Below are positions 39,718-41,918 of a stretch of DNA of 41,918 bases, in pieces (position 1 is the first letter of the stretch; each line of letters starts with the position of its first letter). Source of the stretch: an uncultured Clostridia bacterium. GTDB lineage: Bacteria > Bacillota > Clostridia > TANB77 > CAG-508. The notes beneath the pieces were generated by a model, which saw only the letters and a list, made by a program, of their open reading frames with translations, searched no databases and was not told the origin of the DNA. The position numbers were made by a program, and so were the translations under genes. The stretch covers positions 1 to 41,918 of the forward strand of contig CANQPV010000003.1 in assembly GCA_947625825.1 (NCBI GenBank). Direction: 5' to 3'.

Positions 39718-39755
39718 GAAAAAGCATATGAAATATTAATTTCATACGCTTTTTC
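39718..39755. terminator. Terminator after ORF 39761
   Basis: GAAAAAGCATATGAAAT...ATTTCATACGCTTTTTC. Confidence 0.75.
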
Positions 39756-39760
39756 CTTTT

Positions 39761-40045
39761 TTACGGGTTCATGTTTTTCCAGAACCTGTCTATTGCTTTT
39801 TGTCTAACTGCTTCCGGCAAATCCTCTTTTTTGATACTTGTGAATTTGCCACACTCCGGGCACTGGAAAACGTAAACCTGTTCATCTTCACCCTCCAGAT
39901 GGCCATAGTCGCAGATTATGAAGATATCATCCTCAGAAACTGCGAGCAGTGCTTGGCATCCGCCGCCACCATGTCCGTTTATATTTCCAGTGCAAGTTCT
40001 TTCAATTTCCCAACTTTTCGGATTTCTTGTTGATAAGACTCTCAT
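39761..40045 (-). CDS. Small Zn-ribbon hypothetical protein (GC-shifted)
   Basis: CTG...GGGGC and CPECG Cys pairs; AAGGAGG RBS. Confidence 0.75.
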   Translation of the reverse strand: MRVLSTRNPKSWEIERTCTGNINGHGGGGCQALLAVSEDDIFIICDYGHLEGEDEQVYVFQCPECGKFTSIKKEDLPEAVRQKAIDRFWKNMNP

Positions 40046-40105
40046 GATGTAACCTCCTTAAAAGAAATTGAATTGATATAGATGCAACTTGTGCAATGTG
40101 TATAT

Positions 40106-40134
40106 ATTATAGCAAAGTATATGTATTATGTCAA
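40106..40134 (-). promoter_or_regulatory. Consensus extended SigA promoter of ORF 39761
   Basis: TTGACA-17-TATAAT with TGn extension. Confidence 0.8.
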
Positions 40135-40381
40135 ATTTTAAAATTTATGAAAAACTGTTATTAGTAACAAAAATTATTTAAATATATAAACCAAAAACAA
40201 TTAAGTAAAGATAGCAATAAAAAAGGTAAGAGATGAAAATAATAATGATATGTCGAAGTAAAAAAGACTTGTAACAAATGCCTAGAATGATTTAATATTA
40301 TCCAAAAATTTAAAATATAAAATTAAACTTTATGTAAAATATGGTATAATATGCTTAATAAAAATAAAATGGAGGAAATTT

Positions 40382-41368
40382 ATGCAAGTATTCAGATTAT
40401 GCAAATATGAAGAATTTAAATCTATATTAGTAAAAAGAAGCTTTGAATATGTTGGACAAGAATTTCAAATTAATTCTCAAAAAAATACGCATCAATATTT
40501 ACCAAATGTAAAATATATGCATTTTTTTAAAGATGAAATTAGTTTGCTATATTTAGCAGGACATAAGGGCGATTATGTTTTTGTTTATGATATTCCTGAT
40601 GAGATTTTAAATGCTTCAAGTGGATATGGCTTTTATTTTGATTTTATTAATTTTTCTTCTATTAATAAAATAACTGAATACGCAATAGACACTAAGAAAA
40701 TTGGATTTGAACACATAAAAAGAATTTATTCTATAATACAGGATTTAGATTTTGATTATTTTCCAGAAGTTTCTGAAATATATAATAATTTAATTTGCAT
40801 ATGTAATTTTGATTTGTTGAAAGAAAAAATACAAAAAATATTAACAGGGCCCAATGCTGCTGAAGCACTATCTAAAAATATTGAAGATTTATTAAAATTA
40901 ATACCAGAAATTGAAAATATTATTAATTTTGACCATAGGCATCCACATCATAACTTAGATGTTTGGCAACATACTCTAGCTGTAATAAGAAATTTAAATA
41001 CAGATGATTTTGAACTTAATATGGCAGCATTATTACATGATATTGGAAAGCCTTTTTCATGTCAGGATGGTGAATTAAGACATTTTCATGGACATCCTGA
41101 GAAATCGTATCAAATGACTATCTCTATATTAACAAGGTTAGGCTATGATAAAGAATTTATAAACAGAGTATCATATTTAGTAAGGACTCATGATACAATC
41201 ATTGACCCTAATAGTTTAGATTCTACCTATGATATGATAAAAAAAAGATTAAAATTACAGTATGCAGATGCTAGAGCCCACCATCCTGATACAGTAGAAA
41301 AAAGAGTTAATTTCTTAGACAGCATAGAAAAGCAATTACATATATCTTTAGATGGATTTGAGATATAA
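40382..41368 (+). CDS. Unknown N-terminal domain fused to HD phosphohydrolase
   Basis: HH.LDVWQHT, AALLHDIGKP, HFHGH, ADARAH; ~140-aa unrelated N-terminus. Confidence 0.8.
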   Translation: MQVFRLCKYEEFKSILVKRSFEYVGQEFQINSQKNTHQYLPNVKYMHFFKDEISLLYLAGHKGDYVFVYDIPDEILNASSGYGFYFDFINFSSINKITEYAIDTKKIGFEHIKRIYSIIQDLDFDYFPEVSEIYNNLICICNFDLLKEKIQKILTGPNAAEALSKNIEDLLKLIPEIENIINFDHRHPHHNLDVWQHTLAVIRNLNTDDFELNMAALLHDIGKPFSCQDGELRHFHGHPEKSYQMTISILTRLGYDKEFINRVSYLVRTHDTIIDPNSLDSTYDMIKKRLKLQYADARAHHPDTVEKRVNFLDSIEKQLHISLDGFEI

Positions 41369-41390
41369 TTAAACTTAATTATATCTACAA

Positions 41391-41425
41391 AAAACTTACG
41401 AAACTCTTTAGAGCTCGTAAGTTTT
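41391..41425. terminator. Bidirectional terminator
   Basis: AAAACTTACGA...TCGTAAGTTTT. Confidence 0.8.
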
Positions 41426-41432
41426 CTTAAAT

Positions 41433-41451
41433 TGGAGGCATACTCCGGATT
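41433..41451 (-). mobile_element. tRNA 3'-end remnant (Cys-like), probable att site
   Basis: Minus strand AATCCGGA-GTATGCC-T-CCA followed by a terminator; no 5' tRNA half upstream. Confidence 0.65.
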
Positions 41452-41544
41452 GATGTTTTTATAAAGTTAGTAGTATCAATGCTTACAAGGCACAGAATGT
41501 GAAAATTAACGTAGTGTTAATGTAGTTTTTAAAAGTAATTTTTA

Positions 41545-41918
41545 TCATTTTTCATTAACAAATATTTTATTAAAAATTGTTTTTACAAATTCATTATCAT
41601 TCATTTTATTTTCTAAATACTTGTTGAAATTATCTTCATTTATCTCATTACTTTTTATATCATTATAATTAGGATATAAGTTTTCAATTTGTTTTCTATT
41701 TACTTTGTATGAATTACCACTAAAATTAAAAGTAATATCTTGAACATTATCAATTAAAGAAAATATAGATACAGTATTATATAATAAACATTTTTCTAAA
41801 TATTGATTTTCATTTATATACCAGTCTGTAATATGATAATCAATAGTTAATCCTAAATTTTCTGAATCTATTTCAAACACATATCCGTACTCTGAAAGAG
41901 GCAAACTATCTATTAAAT
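41545..41918 (-). CDS. DUF4825-like protein, 5' part outside window
   Basis: LPL......F.ID....GLTIDY...LYN...IFSLIDNV..I.F pattern; frame open to window edge. Confidence 0.65.
   Translation of the reverse strand, partial: LIDSLPLSEYGYVFEIDSENLGLTIDYHITDWYINENQYLEKCLLYNTVSIFSLIDNVQDITFNFSGNSYKVNRKQIENLYPNYNDIKSNEINEDNFNKYLENKMNDNEFVKTIFNKIFVNEK

Overview
AT-rich chromosomal window from a low-GC, probably spore-forming Clostridia-like firmicute. Most of it is housekeeping genes: RluA-type pseudouridine synthase, rRNA methyltransferase, uvrC, glmS, purA, bofA, serS, engB, gltX, rnj, a ROK kinase, uppP and ppa. It also holds a complete-looking Gram-positive type IV pilus cluster (about 17.9-27.2 kb, minus strand), a pseudo-receiver GGDEF protein and a large thioester/DUF11 adhesin. 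Accessory signals: (i) three copies of a ~135-nt rod-like palindromic repeat with compensatory stem changes; (ii) tRNA-Leu(TAA) followed by two integrase-less islets delimited by copies of the tRNA 3' end. Islet 1 carries an intact PBECR-like ribonuclease gene facing a promoter/terminator-bounded structured ncRNA, plus a second structured RNA; this is the best candidate for an undescribed RNA-antitoxin system. Islet 2 carries a type II toxin-antitoxin pair with a frameshifted toxin; (iii) a hicAB locus with frameshifted hicA; (iv) stand-alone GC-shifted single-gene units, two of which share a leader motif; (v) a ROK gene bracketed by 32-bp direct repeats; (vi) a possible ART-fold/HD fusion gene next to a tRNA-Cys-like att remnant at the right end. 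All family calls come from motif recognition by eye; no searches were run.
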